25,034 nucleotides of DNA from a virus (lineage: Duplodnaviria; Caudoviricetes): positions 1 through 25,034 of IMG/VR virus record IMGVR_UViG_3300045136_000588. One strand, given 5' to 3'. This document shows positions 24,919 to 25,034 of this stretch, in pieces. A program made the translations under genes and the position numbers. Position 1 is the first letter of the stretch. Each line of letters starts with the position of its first letter. Under the pieces are notes generated by a model. The model was not told the origin of the DNA. It did no database searches and was given only the letters and a program-made list of their open reading frames with translations.

Positions 24919-24924
24919 GTGAAG

Positions 24925-25034
24925 ATGGGAAACGAACTCGCGATCAGGACGGATTTTGATCTGGCTATCGTCTCAGCGGAGAGCACCCCCGCCGAACTGG
25001 TGGAGACCTTGCAGGAGACCCTGGGAGGTCGCCT
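24925..25034 (+). CDS. N-terminal part of a hypothetical early protein, runs off the window
   Basis: MGNELAIRTDFDLAIVSAESTPAELVETLQETLGGR; SD from the IS left end. Confidence 0.65.
   Translation, partial: MGNELAIRTDFDLAIVSAESTPAELVETLQETLGGR

Overview
Contiguous segment of a GC-rich tailed phage or prophage. The host is probably Deinococcus-Thermus (Meiothermus-like), inferred only from GC, codon style and leaderless promoters. 1-17.9 kb (+) is a late operon: Mu-like head genes (portal fused to a gpF-like domain, protease/scaffold, cement, major capsid), neck, siphovirus-type tail (tube, frameshifted chaperone, tape measure, tip, fibre) and lysis genes. 17.9-20.2 kb is a nest of IS200/IS605 (tnpB-only) elements. 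20.2-22.9 kb holds small leftward genes, including an ADP-ribosyltransferase-like ORF. 22.9 kb is a divergent promoter switch followed by an XRE regulator and rightward early genes. No integrase, CI-like repressor or tnpA is visible. The main observation is a set of at least seven IS200/IS605 derivatives (two full tnpB elements, one split tnpB, an orphan omega-RNA copy, a protein-less structured element, and 47-bp and 56-bp single-hairpin minis) whose ends can be reconstructed to the base. Five sit antisense at phage gene junctions. In four of these the right end supplies the upstream gene's in-frame stop codon. Where the target also reads as a start codon, the left end carries an outward Shine-Dalgarno-like sequence.
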